This document shows, one piece after another, positions 28,971 through 38,332 of a DNA stretch of 64,000 nucleotides (its first letter is position 1; every line of letters begins with the position of its first letter). Under the pieces are notes generated by a model. The model made no database searches and had not been told where the DNA came from. It was given only the letters and a program-made list of their open reading frames with translations. The position numbers were made by a program, and so were the translations under genes. Source of the stretch: Gammaproteobacteria bacterium (GTDB taxonomy: Bacteria; Pseudomonadota; Gammaproteobacteria; Ga0077536); NCBI GenBank assembly GCA_963662545.2, contig CAXXLL010000002.1, forward strand, positions 2,336,001-2,400,000, written 5' to 3'.

Positions 28971-29459
28971 ATGGCTGAGCTGACACATCTGGATGCCGAG
29001 GGCCGCGCCCGCATGGTCGACGTCGGTAAAAAGCCGTCGACCATGCGACGCGCTGTAGCCGAAGGCCACATCGTCATGCAAGCCGAAACGCTGAACCTCA
29101 TCGCCGAAGGCGGCCACAAAAAGGGCGACGTACTGGCGGTGGCGCGTGTCGCCGGAATCATGGCGGCCAAGAAGACAGCCGAACTGGTCCCGCTATGCCA
29201 CTCGCTGCAACTGACCCATATCGAGATCGATTTGACCCTCGACCGTGATGCCTCGGCGATACGTTGTACCGGAACGGCAGAAACACACGGGCCCACGGGC
29301 GTCGAGATCGAGGCCTTGACGGCGGTTCAAATCGCCCTGCTGACCGTCTACGACATGTGTAAAGCCGTCGACCGCGGCATGGTGATCGCGAACGTTCGGC
29401 TGGTGTCCAAGGCGGGCGGACGGTCGGGTAACTGGATAGCTGACGCGGAGACACCTTGA
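28971..29459 (+). CDS. moaC: Cyclic pyranopterin monophosphate synthase
   Basis: [40 protein letters not shown]; start at ATG 28971 with AGGA RBS. Confidence 0.95.
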   Translation: MAELTHLDAEGRARMVDVGKKPSTMRRAVAEGHIVMQAETLNLIAEGGHKKGDVLAVARVAGIMAAKKTAELVPLCHSLQLTHIEIDLTLDRDASAIRCTGTAETHGPTGVEIEALTAVQIALLTVYDMCKAVDRGMVIANVRLVSKAGGRSGNWIADAETP

Positions 29460-29540
29460 TCCTCCAGCGGCCGGCTCCTGACAGCTTGCTAAATAGGTAG
29501 GGTCTACCGACTGACAGATAAAGCCTGAGTTCGTAAACCT

Positions 29541-30236
29541 TTACCTATGTAAAGTGGTCTTGCAGGTCCTGGATCCTATGTGTCCCTTTAGCTGAAATGA
29601 ATCTCCTTTGCGCGTCCCAAAAAAACTGAAGGTATCCTGGCCTTTCTTGCGAATCATCATATGACCGCGTTCGTTTATCAGGCCTTGCCCCTTAGCACCC
29701 ATGTCCAGCGCTATTTCAAAATGACTGTTATGAACATCTATTGAGATCGGCTCATCAATCGCATCCTCACAATTTTCACAGATCTCGCACGCAACCGTGC
29801 CCAGCCACCGACCATCCAAATCTGACGGTCCAAGCGGCGCCAGCCGGGCCCAAACTTTTTTTCCATCGGTCTTGTATTCTATGATGCCGCGGCGACCTGC
29901 TTGTAACTCTTTGTGCACTTTTATGTCGGCGGTTTGCCACCCAAAAGGCAGATGTACATAGAGAGGGAAATCAATCCACTCGTGAATGTGCACCTTCAAC
30001 TCATGGAGTCCGGGGAGCAGATGATATTCACGGGCACCGTCTACCACCGGAGTGCCGTCAACGGCAGCGAGTTCCAGATGGGGATTGAGCACGAGTATGA
30101 ACACTTCATTAAGCGACCTTGTGGGTCCTTCATAAAGCTTTACCGCGGGGCTTGAGTCACCTTCAGCGGCCACGTAACTGGAAAACCACATCAAACCGGC
30201 CAGCACCACAAACCGGAAAATGTTCTTCGTCAACAT
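29541..30236 (-). CDS. Hypothetical exported protein (lower GC)
   Basis: Signal-peptide-like N-terminus (VVLAGLMWFSSYVAA); CEICENC motif; no family recognised. Confidence 0.6.
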   Translation of the reverse strand: MLTKNIFRFVVLAGLMWFSSYVAAEGDSSPAVKLYEGPTRSLNEVFILVLNPHLELAAVDGTPVVDGAREYHLLPGLHELKVHIHEWIDFPLYVHLPFGWQTADIKVHKELQAGRRGIIEYKTDGKKVWARLAPLGPSDLDGRWLGTVACEICENCEDAIDEPISIDVHNSHFEIALDMGAKGQGLINERGHMMIRKKGQDTFSFFGTRKGDSFQLKGHIGSRTCKTTLHR

Positions 30237-30535
30237 CGTCTGCAGTCCGAAATCGTCGACTCCCCCCGGTCGAGTATTTGGGGAGGTACCACGTTTAGGT
30301 ACTTAGGGACGCACAACTTATTACAACCTAAAACGTCCCCGATGTTCCTTTTGTGTTCAGGTAATCTCTCTCAAACGACCAATAGTTACCAGCAACGCTG
30401 AGAGCAATAGAGTTCACCCGATTTCGTGGCCACCTTTAATTGGCGCGGGGCTGACTCTGGCCAGAAAATACGTTCCCGCGGAAACGCTTTTTTTCCCCAA
30501 AATCATTTGGTTCTAGAAAATGTCGACCGCTGGAC

Positions 30536-30925
30536 TCAATCGTATTTAACGTACTTGAAGCGCTGATCGTCGGGCGTACCCTCGAGCGGCGAATCAGGAT
30601 CGGCCCCCGGCTGCCAGAGGACGACCTCGTCGATCTTTTTAGCCAGCTCGAAATCCTTGTCGGTGATGCCCTTCGCCGCGTGGTTCATCAGCTTGACCGT
30701 GACGAACGCATAAGAGACGGTGAGATCGGGATGATGCCAGGCCGCTTCGGCGAGGTGCCCGACGGTATTGACGACCATCAAGGTACCCTTCCAGCTAGAG
30801 GTCTTGTACTTGCGGCGTATCCAGCCATCCTTGAAGGTCCAGCCCGACAGCTCCTCTGCCAGGCGCTCTTCGATTTCTGCTTCGGAATAAACTTCTTCGG
30901 TCTTGCGTTCTCTCCAGCCCATCAT
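30536..30925 (-). CDS. Pterin-4a-carbinolamine dehydratase-like protein (C1-cluster type)
   Basis: LAEAAWHHPDL, HAAKGITDKDFELAKKI. Confidence 0.9.
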   Translation of the reverse strand: MMGWRERKTEEVYSEAEIEERLAEELSGWTFKDGWIRRKYKTSSWKGTLMVVNTVGHLAEAAWHHPDLTVSYAFVTVKLMNHAAKGITDKDFELAKKIDEVVLWQPGADPDSPLEGTPDDQRFKYVKYD

Positions 30926-31638
30926 GCCACCTCGCTGTCATCCTGCGGATTTACAATTATCCCAGCATGCATCGCCGCTTGCACCCGCGCGACGGCGTCC
31001 GCTGAAAGCCTCCGCTCACGCTGGCTTTCATCACATAACGCACTCCTGAATCCAAGGTAATCGGCGCCCACCGGCAATAGGGCCGGTATATCGGCAAGAT
31101 GCAGGCGTCCGGCCAGCCCGGTCAGCAAGCTCAACTCGCGTCCGAGTGCGACGAATTTTTCGATCTGGCCGATCTCGAGCAGACCGGTCAGCCCGGGGCC
31201 CGACTTATCGGCAGTATCAAGCATGATGCCGGCGGTCCCGACCGCGGCGATTGCCCTGATGGCGCCCTCGTCCGGCGGATACTCAGCCATGCACACTACG
31301 ATGAGACGATGGCCGCGAGCCGCGCAGCGTTCAAGAACCGACACGTGCTTTTTCGGTTTCCTAAGGTTCAACCCGACCTTGATGTAATCGACCCCGGTTT
31401 CCGCCACGTGCTCGACCCGCCCCGGCACGACTTCTGGTGTGTCCCAACAATCGCCGATCGTCGCGCTGACCGGTAGCCGGCCACGCACGTGCTGAACGAT
31501 GGCACCGATCTCGGCGGCTTGCAGTGCGCCGAGCGCGCCCTTGCGCGGATCCTTTATGTCGATCCAGCCGACGCCGTGGTCGATGGCAAGCGCCGCCTCG
31601 AACACGTCACTCACACTTGCCAGCATCAGGCTCATCAT
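30922..31638 (-). CDS. mfnB: (5-formylfuran-3-yl)methyl phosphate synthase (Orf22/DUF556)
   Basis: MLASV..EA, IDIKDPRKGALGA, SATIGD, DYIKVG, MLDTADK, GLAGRL, GFRSALC. Confidence 0.85.
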   Translation of the reverse strand: MMSLMLASVSDVFEAALAIDHGVGWIDIKDPRKGALGALQAAEIGAIVQHVRGRLPVSATIGDCWDTPEVVPGRVEHVAETGVDYIKVGLNLRKPKKHVSVLERCAARGHRLIVVCMAEYPPDEGAIRAIAAVGTAGIMLDTADKSGPGLTGLLEIGQIEKFVALGRELSLLTGLAGRLHLADIPALLPVGADYLGFRSALCDESQRERRLSADAVARVQAAMHAGIIVNPQDDSEVA

Positions 31639-32231
31639 AGGGATTCCGGTTTATTTGGGTGTTTGGGATGGCAGGCGATCGCGTCCACCAGCCACTGCCA
31701 GGCGAGTCTTTCGCGCTCGCCCGCAGTCTTTTCAACAGCAAGTGTAAGGTAAGCCATCTCCACCGCAACCTTTTCGGGCGTCAGCCAGTCGAGTCGCGAA
31801 ACGAGTATCGACGCCTCGATAACCGCGGCTTGCGCGCGATTGAAACCGCTGAACGCCCGGTGTGTTTCTTCGGCGACCACTTGGCACCGAAACTCGGGGC
31901 GTTGCGGATCGTCGGTTTGCTCCACGACCTCCATTTCCAGGTGGGCGAGGCAGTCTGCCAGGCGCCAGCCGTCGACGTGCGCGGCACGGATGACGGGCCA
32001 GTCGCGACGGCTGGTCAGGCAACCGGCAATGATACGCACGTCGTCGGTCAGACTCATGACTGCCGCGTGCTGGCGCCGTAAGTTATCGAGGGTCATGGAT
32101 GGAACGAACGGCGCGACCGTTACCGCGCCGGTCTCGCGAACGAAGCCCATGGGCGTGACGTGCGCGCTGCCGTCCTCGTTCGTGGTCGTAATGACGCCCT
32201 CGAATATCATCACTTTAGACGCGTGCCCCAC
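31635..32231 (-). CDS. DUF447 family protein (Orf21 of H4MPT/methylofuran clusters)
   Basis: EGVITT..G..HVTPMG, FNRAQAAVIEASILVSRL, EKTAGERE; start may be about 32210. Confidence 0.85.
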   Translation of the reverse strand: MGHASKVMIFEGVITTTNEDGSAHVTPMGFVRETGAVTVAPFVPSMTLDNLRRQHAAVMSLTDDVRIIAGCLTSRRDWPVIRAAHVDGWRLADCLAHLEMEVVEQTDDPQRPEFRCQVVAEETHRAFSGFNRAQAAVIEASILVSRLDWLTPEKVAVEMAYLTLAVEKTAGERERLAWQWLVDAIACHPKHPNKPESL

Positions 32232-32251
32232 ATCGGCTCGACGCCCCGCAA

Positions 32252-32269
32252 TGGCTGCAATAAACCAGC
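32252..32269. promoter_or_regulatory. Candidate enhancer (UAS) palindrome upstream of pqqA1
   Basis: TGGCTgcaataAACCAGC, matching TGGCTaaattcAACCAGC upstream of pqqA2. Confidence 0.5.
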
Positions 32270-32412
32270 TTGATGGCTGTCATAAATCAACCCGCTCCGG
32301 CTCCGCCGCACCGCTGTCCGTGGATGCTTGAGGAAACCTGATTGGAGTATATAAGCGTTTGTTATTACTAGCATTTTATCAGCCACGACGACGGGCGTAG
32401 ACCGCGTGTGCT

Positions 32413-32428
32413 TGGCACACAACGTGCA
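32413..32428 (+). promoter_or_regulatory. Sigma54 -24/-12 promoter of pqqA1-pqqCDE
   Basis: TGGCACACAACGTGCA with exact GG-N10-GC spacing, about 95 bp upstream of the pqqA1 ATG; AT-rich IHF-like site at 32352-32364. Confidence 0.7.
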
Positions 32429-32520
32429 AGCATGATGCCGTCGGCAACCGCTCCGGAAGCGGGCGCCGTGCGGGGAGTGAATATTCCCCGTCCTTCTAAG
32501 CAATGATAGGAGCATAAAAA

Positions 32521-32595
32521 ATGCAGTGGGATATTCCCTCCTACAACGATGTTCGCTTCGGCTTCGAAGTGACGATGTACATTAACAACCGTTAA
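32521..32595 (+). CDS. pqqA: PQQ precursor peptide, copy 1 (MQWDIPSYNDVRFGFEVTMYINNR)
   Basis: Manual translation: 24 aa with RFGFEVTMY E-x3-Y core; AGGAG RBS; upstream of pqqC; below the ORF-track cutoff. Confidence 0.97.
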   Translation: MQWDIPSYNDVRFGFEVTMYINNR

Positions 32596-32605
32596 TGTCG
32601 CCCCT

Positions 32606-32633
32606 CCGAAGGACCGCAGCCGCGGTCCTTCGG
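32606..32633 (+). terminator. Stem-loop after pqqA1 (partial terminator or mRNA stabiliser)
   Basis: CCGAAGGACCGC-agcc-GCGGTCCTTCGG 12-bp perfect stem with a weak T tail. Confidence 0.7.
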
Positions 32634-32699
32634 GCTTTGAATTCAACTAGCCCCCGCGGCTGACGTTTCCCGCCCCCTTTCACCGACGATCGATCCATC

Positions 32700-33455
32700 T
32701 TGGCTCAACTCGCCGTCAAGACACCGCCAAAATCGGATTCAGCGCCCTGGTCCCGGGACGAGTTCGAATACCGCCTGCGCGACAAGGAACGTTTTTATCA
32801 TATTCACCATCCCTATCACGTGCGCATGAACAAAGGTGACCTGGATAAGGACGCGATCCAGGGTTGGGTCGCCAACCGTTTCTATTACCAAACCAGCATT
32901 CCCGTCAAGGATGCCGCGATCATGGCGAACTGCCGCGACCGCGAGGCCCGCAGGTTGTGGGTCCAGCGCATCATTGATCACGACGGCGTCGAGGGTGATG
33001 ACGGCGGCATCGAAGCGTGGCTGCAACTCGGCCAAGCCGTCGGATTGTCGCGCGAAGCGTTGATCGACGAGCGCCACGTGCTGCCGGGCGTCCGCTTCGC
33101 CATCGACGGCTACGTGAATTTCGCCCGCACGGCAACCTGGGAGGAAGCGGCCTGTTCTTCATTGACCGAGCTCTTCGCGCCCAAAATTCACCAACGGCGC
33201 CTGGACAACTGGCCAGAAGTCTACCCGTGGATCAAACCACAAGGATACAACTATTTCCGCAAGCGGCTGAACGAAGCGCGGCGCGACGTGCAACACGGAC
33301 TGCGGGTAACGCTGGTCCACTTTTCGACCCGTTCCGAACAGGAATATGCTTTGAACATCCTGCAATTCAAGCTCGACATATTGTGGACGATGCTGGATGC
33401 CATGTGGATGGCCTATATCGAGAAGATGCCGCCCTATCATTGCTGTTCGATGTAA
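32700..33455 (+). CDS. pqqC: PQQ synthase
   Basis: [45 protein letters not shown]. Confidence 0.96.
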   Translation: MAQLAVKTPPKSDSAPWSRDEFEYRLRDKERFYHIHHPYHVRMNKGDLDKDAIQGWVANRFYYQTSIPVKDAAIMANCRDREARRLWVQRIIDHDGVEGDDGGIEAWLQLGQAVGLSREALIDERHVLPGVRFAIDGYVNFARTATWEEAACSSLTELFAPKIHQRRLDNWPEVYPWIKPQGYNYFRKRLNEARRDVQHGLRVTLVHFSTRSEQEYALNILQFKLDILWTMLDAMWMAYIEKMPPYHCCSM

Positions 33456-33467
33456 TGTTCGCGTCCC

Positions 33468-33731
33468 ATGCCTGACGACCGCGTGCCATGTATCACCTCG
33501 ATGTTTCGCTTGCAGTGGGAGCAGGCACAGGATTGCCACGTCCTGCTCTATCCCGAAGGCATGGTGAAGCTGAGCACCAGCGCCGGCGAAATACTCAAGC
33601 GCGTCGACGGGCAGAATTCGGTCACTGTTATCATCGACGACCTCAAGTCCGTGTTTCCCGAAGCGGATCTGGACGACGATGTGCTGAAATTCCTGGAGCA
33701 AGCGCGTGACAACGGCTGGATCAACATCTGA
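33468..33731 (+). CDS. pqqD: PqqA chaperone (RRE)
   Basis: [30 protein letters not shown]. Confidence 0.95.
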   Translation: MPDDRVPCITSMFRLQWEQAQDCHVLLYPEGMVKLSTSAGEILKRVDGQNSVTVIIDDLKSVFPEADLDDDVLKFLEQARDNGWINI

Positions 33732-34869
33732 CATTTCCGGCAAACCGCTCTGGTTGCTCGCCGAGCTCACCTATCGCTGCCCGCTGCAATGCCCATATTG
33801 CTCGAATCCACTCGATATCGCCCGTGTCGAACGTGAGCTCGATACCGATGAATGGATTCGAGTTCTGCGCGAGTCGCGCGCGATGGGGGCGATGCAACTC
33901 GGCCTCTCCGGCGGTGAACCGCTGATCAGACGGGATCTCGAGACCATCATTGCCGAAGCACGCGACCTTGGCTATTACAGCAATCTAATTACCTCCGGCG
34001 TCGGCATGGATAGCGATCGGGTCGCCCGCTTCAAGGAAGCGGGTCTCGACCACATCCAGATCAGTTTTCAGGCGAGCGACGAGGAACTCAACGATTACCT
34101 CGGCGGCACACAGAGCTTCCAGCATAAACTCGACATGGCGCGCGCCGTCAAGTCACAGGGCTACCCCATGGTCCTGAACATCGTGATCCACCGCCACAAC
34201 ATCGATCAGATCGAGGACATCCTGCGCATGACCATCGATCTTCAGGCGGATTACGTCGAACTCGCCAGTACCCAGTATTACGGATGGTCGAAACTGAACG
34301 TCGATACCCTGCTGCCGACACGCGCACAGCTGGAAGCGGCGGAAGCCGTGGCCCATCGCTACCAGGAGCGCATGAAGGATCGCATGAAGATCATCTACGT
34401 CGTTCCGGACTACTACGAGAATCGTCCCAAAGCGTGCATGAACGGTTGGGGCTCGATCTTTCTGACCATTGCACCGGACGGCACGGCACTGCCCTGCCAC
34501 GCCGCCGCCCAGCTTCCGGGCCTGGAATTCCCCAACGTGCGGGATCACTCCATCGAGGCGATCTGGTCGGACTCAGATGCGTTCAACCGCTTTCGCGGAT
34601 TCGATTGGATGCAGGAACCATGTCGGAGCTGCCCGGAAAAAACCAAGGACTTCGGCGGATGCCGCTGCCAGGCCTACATGATGACGGGTGACGCGACGGC
34701 GGCCGATCCCGTTTGTGACAAATCTCCGCACCATGCGGAACTCGTGAGTGAAGTGGAACGCATCGAACGGGTGGCGACCGAAAAACCCGCCGCCACGGAA
34801 CGCCCCTTGATCTTTCGCAACATGCGCAATTCACGCAAACAGATGCGAGCATCGAGCGAAGCTTCTTAA
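33706..34869 (+). CDS. pqqE: PQQ radical SAM/SPASM cyclase
   Basis: [46 protein letters not shown]. Confidence 0.97.
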   Translation: MTTAGSTSDISGKPLWLLAELTYRCPLQCPYCSNPLDIARVERELDTDEWIRVLRESRAMGAMQLGLSGGEPLIRRDLETIIAEARDLGYYSNLITSGVGMDSDRVARFKEAGLDHIQISFQASDEELNDYLGGTQSFQHKLDMARAVKSQGYPMVLNIVIHRHNIDQIEDILRMTIDLQADYVELASTQYYGWSKLNVDTLLPTRAQLEAAEAVAHRYQERMKDRMKIIYVVPDYYENRPKACMNGWGSIFLTIAPDGTALPCHAAAQLPGLEFPNVRDHSIEAIWSDSDAFNRFRGFDWMQEPCRSCPEKTKDFGGCRCQAYMMTGDATAADPVCDKSPHHAELVSEVERIERVATEKPAATERPLIFRNMRNSRKQMRASSEAS

Positions 34870-34914
34870 ACCGATGAAATTATTTACCCGCAAGCGCTCT
34901 TCATAGAGCGACTA

Positions 34915-35012
34915 AATAAAACCACAGAGATCACAGAGAACACGAAAAGAAAAAATAATAACCGTACACCTGCCCTATTAATTTTCTTTCTCCGTGTTCT
35001 CTATGGTTTATT
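34915..35012. repeat. AT-rich imperfect inverted repeat between convergent pqqE and folP
   Basis: Arms aataaaaccacagaga/agagaacacg and cgtgttctctatggtttatt. Confidence 0.55.
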
Positions 35013-35070
35013 GCAATTGAATCTGGGAACCAGAGGCTTAAGCGCGCATCTCTGAGCGACGGCTATGCCG

Positions 35071-36055
35071 CTATGTCGAATCAGCTGCCCGGCGGCAGGC
35101 CCAGGCGACGTCGGCTGCCTGCCGATTCTGCTTGACGTCGTGCACGCGAAACAGCCGTACGCCGGCAGCCACCCCCATCGCGGTCGTGGCACAGGTTGCA
35201 CAGTCTCCCCACAAATCGCGCCCATGAATCGTTTTCGGCTGGTGCCGAGCATGACCGGGATCCCGGTCGCTACCAGCCGATCGAGCCGTTCCAGCAGCTT
35301 CAGGTTATGACCCCGCGTTTTGCCGAATCCGATCCCCGGATCGATGCACCGACCAGTTCGCCATGCTCAGTCTCCCCACAAATCGCGCCCATGAATCGTT
35401 TTCGGCTGGTGCCGAGCATGACCGGGATCCCGGTCGCTACCAGCCGATCGAGCCGTTCCAGCAGCTTCAGGTTATGACCCCGCGTTTTGCCGAATCCGAT
35501 CCCCGGATCGATGGCAATCCGCTGCGGATCCACACCGGCGCGAATGGCCAGGTCGGCGCGTCCGACCAAGTACGCTTCGACCTCGCTGACGACGTCCTCG
35601 TAAGTCGGGGCAAGCTGCATCGTCTCAGGCGTTCCCTGCATGTGCATCAGCACGATCCCGGCACCGGATTCAGCGGCCAGTTCGAGCATCCCGGGAGTAC
35701 CGCCAGCCGAAATGTCGTTGATCAACCGAGCGCCGGTATCAATAGCCCGCGCCGCCACGCGCGGGCTGCGGGTATCGATGCTGATGAGAACGTGGGGCGG
35801 TAGGCGTGACGCAAGCGCGGTGAGCACGGGGATCACGTGCTCGATCTGGACGCCTTCGTCGACACCGGGGGAGCCGGGTCGGGTCGATTCACCGCCGACA
35901 TCGACGATATCGGCACCGTCGGCGACCATGCTGACGGCATGAGCGCACGCACTTTCGAGCGTATCGAAGCGCCCGCCATCCGAAAAACTGTCTGGCGTCA
36001 CGTTCAGAATACCGACGATCAAAGGACTGCCGTCTTCGCGGATCGCTTTGAACAT
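35071..36055 (-). pseudogene. folP: Dihydropteroate synthase interrupted by a 148-bp internal duplication (real lesion or misassembly)
   Basis: GILNVTPDSFSDGG, DVGGESTRPG, MHMQG, DPGIGFGK, GTSRKRF; removing 35201-35348 restores the frame through LFRVHDV to TAG at 35071. Confidence 0.85.
35201..35513. repeat. Two identical 146-bp copies (35201-35346 and 35368-35513)
   Basis: Direct comparison: cagtctccccacaaatc...ccccggatcgatg occurs twice with a 167-bp period. Confidence 0.95.
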
Positions 36056-36092
36056 CAGCTATCGTGCCCGAGCAGGCGTACAGGACAGCACA

Positions 36093-37049
36093 CTAAGAAC
36101 CGGAGATCGCGAGCGCCATGCCGTCGGTCGCCCTGACCAAGGCGTCCTTCATCGGTCGCTCACTCGAAAGGTGGCCCGCGGTACGTACGATCTCGAGATT
36201 GGATTCGGGGATCGCGCCGTGGATCACCCAGGCGGCATCCGCAGTACAGGTCAGATCCCGCGCCCCATGCACGATCGTGACCGGCACCCGGGGAATTCGA
36301 TCCGCCCTGTCGACGAGCTGATTTTCAGCAAAGAAATACGCGTGCTTTGCATAATGCAATTCGATGCGGGTCTTGGCGATCGCCGCGGTGAGGTCACCGT
36401 TGGCATCCTCACCGGCCTGGTCGATCGAGAACATGACGACAGCTCCCGACCAGGCTTCCCAGGCGCGTGCGATGCGCTCAACCGTCGCGGCATCATCGGA
36501 AAAAACAGCGGTATGAAGAAATGCCACCAATTCATGCGGGTCGTGCGCTTGCACACGATCGACGAACTCCCGCCACTGCCGCGGAAGAAAGCGCCTCGCC
36601 CCGTCGTGAAAAAACCAATCGACGTCGCGCTTGCGCGCCAGAAAGGTACCTCTCAGTATCATCCCGAGCACGCGGTCCGGTAATGCCTCCGCGTAGGCGA
36701 GCGATAGCGCCGCGCCCCACGAACCGCCGAAGAGTACCCAGGCATCGATGCCAAATCGCCCGCGGACGGCTTCCATGTCGTCGATGAGTGCCGCTGTGTC
36801 GTTGTGTTCCACCGAGCCAAAGGGCCGCGAACGGCCCGCCCCGCGCTGATCGATCAGAATGATGTTGTAGCGCTTGGGGTCGAAAAACTGCCTGTGATCG
36901 GGTTTACAGCCCGAGCCGGGACCGCCGTGCAGGAACACCACGGGTATCCCGGAGGAGTTCCCGCACTGCTCCACGTAGATCTCATGCCCGTCCCCGACTA
37001 TGAGGTGCTCGGCGACGACGGGCTCGCAGTGAGGATAAAGCAGGCGCAA
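36093..37049 (-). CDS. pip: Proline iminopeptidase
   Basis: LHGGPGSG, DQRGAGRS, FGGSWG, LRGTF, GARDLTC, AGH; start probably TTG 37049. Confidence 0.9.
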   Translation of the reverse strand: MRLLYPHCEPVVAEHLIVGDGHEIYVEQCGNSSGIPVVFLHGGPGSGCKPDHRQFFDPKRYNIILIDQRGAGRSRPFGSVEHNDTAALIDDMEAVRGRFGIDAWVLFGGSWGAALSLAYAEALPDRVLGMILRGTFLARKRDVDWFFHDGARRFLPRQWREFVDRVQAHDPHELVAFLHTAVFSDDAATVERIARAWEAWSGAVVMFSIDQAGEDANGDLTAAIAKTRIELHYAKHAYFFAENQLVDRADRIPRVPVTIVHGARDLTCTADAAWVIHGAIPESNLEIVRTAGHLSSERPMKDALVRATDGMALAISGS

Positions 37050-37145
37050 GTAGATTGGCTCGATGGATCCGATGCAGTTCCCAACGTCAAAGCGCGGTAA
37101 GGTAAAAGGCATTCGGACAACGCGGATCGCGCCGCCTCACACCCC

Positions 37146-38123
37146 TTAAAGCTCTTTCAGGATTTCCTCTTTACGCCGATTGAAATCGTCGTCGGTGATC
37201 AAGCCCTTGGCAAGCAGTCGCTGAAGCTTTTCCAATCGGTCCTCGACCGACTGCAATGAGACCGCGCCGCTGGTGTTTTGCATTTCCTTGATCTCCTTGC
37301 GCATGCGCGCCATCTCCTGGCGCATCTCACGGCGCTCCAGCGTCAATCTCGCAGCTGTCGCCTTGGCCTTGAGTCCTTCCGTGCGGACGGCGACGGGGAT
37401 TTGCGACTCGCGAAACGCCAAGGCCGCTTTTTCGATGTCGAGGACGACCCAGTCAGGCCGAATCTTGCCGTTTTGATGGAGTTCGACGCCTTCGGTAGTC
37501 ACGATGCGGCCCGGCATCTTGCCTTTGCTCCTGCGGGTGCCCATCTGAAAATGCACGTCGCGGAAATCGTCGATGATCCCGAACGACGCCTCGACGTTCT
37601 TCTTTCCCTTGTCCAATCGCTTGCGGTACTCGCCGATGATCAGATTGAGCTTCCCTTCCCGGTAAAACATGCGACCCGTCGTCCATTCCCTGCCTTTTGC
37701 GAGCGACAGCATGACGTCGGCATAACCGCGGAGATTGAAGGTGACGTCCTCGTCCGGCGCGGCCTTGACCAGGGCTTCGGTGACGTAGCGCGCGATCTGG
37801 GCCGCCTGCTTACGCGGATACACGGCGACCGCTTCTTCGTCGCGCAGAATGCCACCAGCGACCCACAGCCGCAGCGAGGAGAGTGCCTGCTCCACTTCTA
37901 TCGCTTCGAGTGCAACGGGATGTTCGTTCGGTGGCGCTCTTTTTTCGATACGCACGAGACGCACGTATTGTTCTTCGAGTTCCCAGATCGTGGCGTTGAC
38001 CTGCTCGTGTTCGAAGAAACTGGGAATGAGGTCGAAGGCGTGCGCCACCATCGGCAACGCCAGCAACCCAAGGCCACCGATCACGCGCCGCACGCGTAAC
38101 GCCGGAAACTCGAAACCAATCAT
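37146..38123 (-). CDS. Exported protein with coiled coil and C-terminal SHOCT-like domain
   Basis: Signal ...LPMVAHA; C-terminal VEDRLEKLQRLLAKGLITDDDFNRRKEEIL. Confidence 0.75.
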   Translation of the reverse strand: MIGFEFPALRVRRVIGGLGLLALPMVAHAFDLIPSFFEHEQVNATIWELEEQYVRLVRIEKRAPPNEHPVALEAIEVEQALSSLRLWVAGGILRDEEAVAVYPRKQAAQIARYVTEALVKAAPDEDVTFNLRGYADVMLSLAKGREWTTGRMFYREGKLNLIIGEYRKRLDKGKKNVEASFGIIDDFRDVHFQMGTRRSKGKMPGRIVTTEGVELHQNGKIRPDWVVLDIEKAALAFRESQIPVAVRTEGLKAKATAARLTLERREMRQEMARMRKEIKEMQNTSGAVSLQSVEDRLEKLQRLLAKGLITDDDFNRRKEEILKEL

Positions 38124-38263
38124 TGATTCAGGACGTTGAAACTGCCATCCGGATGGGTTGCCGCATTATAGCGAAGCACTCTTTCTTTCTAAACAGATGC
38201 GCGATGATGCGCCACATCGAGCATTCAACCCCAGATTCACGAATCGAGTTCCGCCGGCCCCCC

Positions 38264-38294
38264 AAAAAAAAAGGCGCATCCGCGGATGCGCCTT
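38264..38294 (-). terminator. Rho-independent terminator of the porin gene
   Basis: AAGGCGCATC-cgcg-GATGCGCCTT stem followed by a T run on the minus strand. Confidence 0.88.
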
Positions 38295-38332
38295 GAACAC
38301 AGTTAGAAGTGTTCTGCGTGGTCTGGCGGTGC

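Noticed and set aside
35001-35477. Short ORFs with duplicated peptide text
   Set aside because: By-products of the folP internal duplication
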